Source of the DNA: Carcharhinus longimanus
Taxonomy: Eukaryota
DNA length: 64,000 nucleotides
Reading direction: 5' to 3'
Assembly (NCBI GenBank): GCA_030264375.1
Contig: JASCQW010000109.1
Location: 69,601,110-69,665,109 of the forward strand
Every line of letters begins with the position of its first letter. The first letter of the stretch is position 1. The notes under the pieces were generated by a model. It saw nothing but the letters and a program-made list of their open reading frames with translations. It was not told the origin of the DNA and made no database searches. Made by a program: the position numbers and the translations under genes. Shown piece by piece: positions 61,103-64,000 of this stretch.

Positions 61103-62584
61103 GTGAGTTGATATTAAAATTCGGGCCTAATTTTCACAGATATGAATTGGTTGTACCAGTGTTATTGGGAAAATACTGTAAATTAAAACGAAAATGCTGC
61201 ATGTAATAACTCAGGCCAATCATTTCGGATTTCTGCACGATTTCCATTTCTTGACACCAGCCCTGTGTTATTTATGTCAAGTAGTAAGATGTATATTCGT
61301 TTGTGAACTTGTGTAACTTTTTACATTAAACTCAAGTTTAAACTGCGTTCTGAAATCCACGTCGACGTTGGCACTTTCTAAACCTGCTGGAGTTTACTTA
61401 AGGTTGTGACAATTGTTAACTTTGTCCCAAGCACTCTAAACGTTTACATTTATCAATCTTGTGAGGAACGCTGTGTACACACGAAACCGCGCAAGTACCG
61501 AATGCTTTCCTTACTAGCAGAACACAAGTTTCCCATCAGTTCTGCTTGGTTACCTATTAGTCATTGTGATCTCGGCACGATAGTTCTAACTGTATTCCTC
61601 AGTGTCAGATCATTCTAAAATGATTGGGCAATCTTGGGTTTCACTGACGTTGCAAAAAACTGACTTTAAGATAATTCAATGTTTAAACGATATTCATTTT
61701 GAATATTTTTAGTATCATGTGAGATTCCGTATCATATCTTGCGAACTGACATATCGGTATCAGTGAACAAACTGCGATTCATATGCGTAAACATGGGGGG
61801 AGGTGGAGGTGAGTGGTAGAAATCAGGCTATTTGGAAAAGGTTGCACGTGGAATCGCTATCCAAATCCAGCCACTGTCTTGGGTTCCATTGTGCTCTAAA
61901 GATGCGGCAGGAATCTGGCATCTGCAATATCTGACACGTAATAGCAAAAGGAGAGATGAACATTTCATCAAGTTCTTCTGGGTGGAATTGACCCCCATGC
62001 GTTAGCGCAAAATGACAATGCGTTCAATCAATGTACCAACCTCCTCTACTGGTTTAGAAGTTTGTGGCCAAATTAGCATAACTAGGTTAAAATTATTAAT
62101 TAAAACAGCAGTTTTCTGATTTGGCAAAATCACCACAACATCAGCATAATGAAATATTCATTGAGACCTGATTCTGATATACAATCCTCCACAAACACAG
62201 CAGCGAGGCATCTAAACACTGCTCGTTGGTTTCAATATTCAAAAAACAAGCGAATCATTATACTACTGAAAACATAGCAGTCCACTCACCATCCAAGTTG
62301 AGAAATCATTCCTGAATTATTCACAAGATGTGCAAATGGTAGCCAGGTTGCACAGGTGCCCTGAAAAGATGTTAGAAATGAAAGGTTTCGCCTTCAAAAT
62401 AGTTGAATTCCAAAATCAGGTAAATCAACAGGTATAGCTGACTTCCATTTGCAGTGGACATTTGACAACAATTCAGAAGTGAGAATGGTTATGGGTTTGT
62501 TTGCTAATAGAACTGACGCCAAGTTTTCTAGGTGAAATGAGAATTGGATAATGTAAAATGCAGAGGTCGGTAGTTTTCCTATAT

Positions 62585-64000
62585 TATACAGAATCACAGA
62601 ATTGTTGTGGTGCAGAAAAGGGTCATTCAGACCATCAAGCCTTCACCGGCTTCCCAAGTTAGCATTATAACTCAAAGCATTCTCCTGCCTTTTCCTCATA
62701 TTCTTGTTCATTGGTTCTATTTTAATAGTCATGTAATGACCACTTGGATGCCTCGATTGATGATGTCTCCATCATTCACCCAAGCAGTGCATTCTAGACC
62801 TGAACCACTCACTGTGTGAACATACAACATAGAACAGTACAGCACAGGGACAGGCCTTTCAGCCCATGATGTTGTGCCGAACGTGATGTCAAATTAAACT
62901 AATTCATTCTGTCTGCCACTTGTCCATATCCTCTATTCCTTGCATATTCATGTGCTTATTAAAAGCCCCTTAATCGCCCCTAACCAACCTACCTGCACCA
63001 TCACCCCTCACACTGTATTCCAGACACCTATATCACTCTGTATAAAAAACTTACCCCTCGAATTCCTTTGAATTTCCACCCTCGCCCTCTTAACCTACTA
63101 GGCATGCCGTCTGGTATTAGGCATTCAGAAGAAAATTCTGACTGCCATCCCTAGCTATGCCTCTCATAATTTAACAGACTTCTATCAGGTCTTTCCTCAG
63201 GTTCCACACATCAGAAGAAACCATCCTAGTTCGTCCAGCCTCTCCTGAGATTTCATACACTTTGATCCAGGCAAGATCCTTGTAGACCTCTTCAGCACCC
63301 TTTCTAATGCTGCCACATCCTTCTTGTAAAGTGTTGACCAGAATTGACGCAATAATCGAAGTGCAGCTTAGTCAAAATTTTATAGACCTGCAACATGATA
63401 TCCTGACACTGGCATTCGATGGCCCAACCGTTAATGGCAAGCATGCCATACGTCTTCTTCACCACCCTATGTGTTTGCGTGATTATTTTCAGTGGGAACA
63501 AAAAAACAAAGGAACAAAGACAAGTGCAGCACAGGAACTGGCCCTTCGGCCCACCAAGCCTGCGCCAATCATGTTGTCTAAAGTAGAGCAATTGTCTGTA
63601 TCTCTCTGTACTCCACTTGATCACGTGCCTGTCCAGATAATGCTTAAATGACGCTAATGTGTCTGCCTCAACCACTTCACTTCGCACTGCATTCGAGACC
63701 CCCACCACACCCTGTGTAAAAAAAAACTTCCCCGCACATTTCTACTGAACCTTTTCCCCCTTTGCCTTGAACTTGTGCCTCCTTGTGATCGTCATTTCTG
63801 CCCTGGGGAAAAAGCTTCCAAGTGGTCACCTTATTTATCCCTCATAATTTTATAAACTACTATCAGGTCACCCCAACCCCCCAGCTTCCACTTTTCCAGC
63901 GTCACCAATCCAAGTTTATTCAATTTCTCCTCTTAACTAAAGTCTTCCATACCAGGCCACATACTGATGAACCCTTTCTGTACTCCCTCCAAGGCCACCA
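62585..64000 (-). mobile_element. Three stacked minus-strand CR1 3' ends (~62585-62820, 62820-63490, 63495-64000)
   Basis: Three successive reverse tails (agaatcacagaat.., catagaacagtacagcacaggg.., aacaaagacaagtgcagcacagg..), each followed by CR1 body sequence. Confidence 0.8.

Noticed and set aside
61112-64000. Search for cPcdh constant exons or another promoter cassette
   Set aside because: Neither was found; the region is intronic sequence and CR1 fragments.

Overview
Vertebrate genomic DNA from a draft assembly with N gaps. Its repeat families (many CR1 LINE 3' fragments, HE1-type tRNA-derived SINEs, Penelope-like remnants) suggest a cartilaginous fish (inference). The window is part of a clustered protocadherin (cPcdh) variable region. 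It holds seven intact ~2.45-kb variable exons on the + strand (V1-V7). Each encodes a signal peptide, six cadherin repeats, a transmembrane helix and a variable cytoplasmic domain, and ends at a phase-0 AG|GTGAG donor. No constant exons are visible. Two decayed variable exons lie at ~3.2 kb and ~22.6 kb. Main observations: (1) a rigidly spaced promoter cassette (GCTTTAAG, inverted CCAAT pair 30 bp apart, GATC..CCCCT) with no obvious mammalian CGCT/CTCF CSE core; (2) an upstream ATG 15-16 nt before the start codon of all seven exons that never reads into the protein; (3) mosaic, gene-conversion-like homogenisation among paralogs; (4) long palindromes and decayed hammerhead-ribozyme cores associated with Penelope-like elements. 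Everything was read by eye. Subcluster assignment and repeat family names need database checks.
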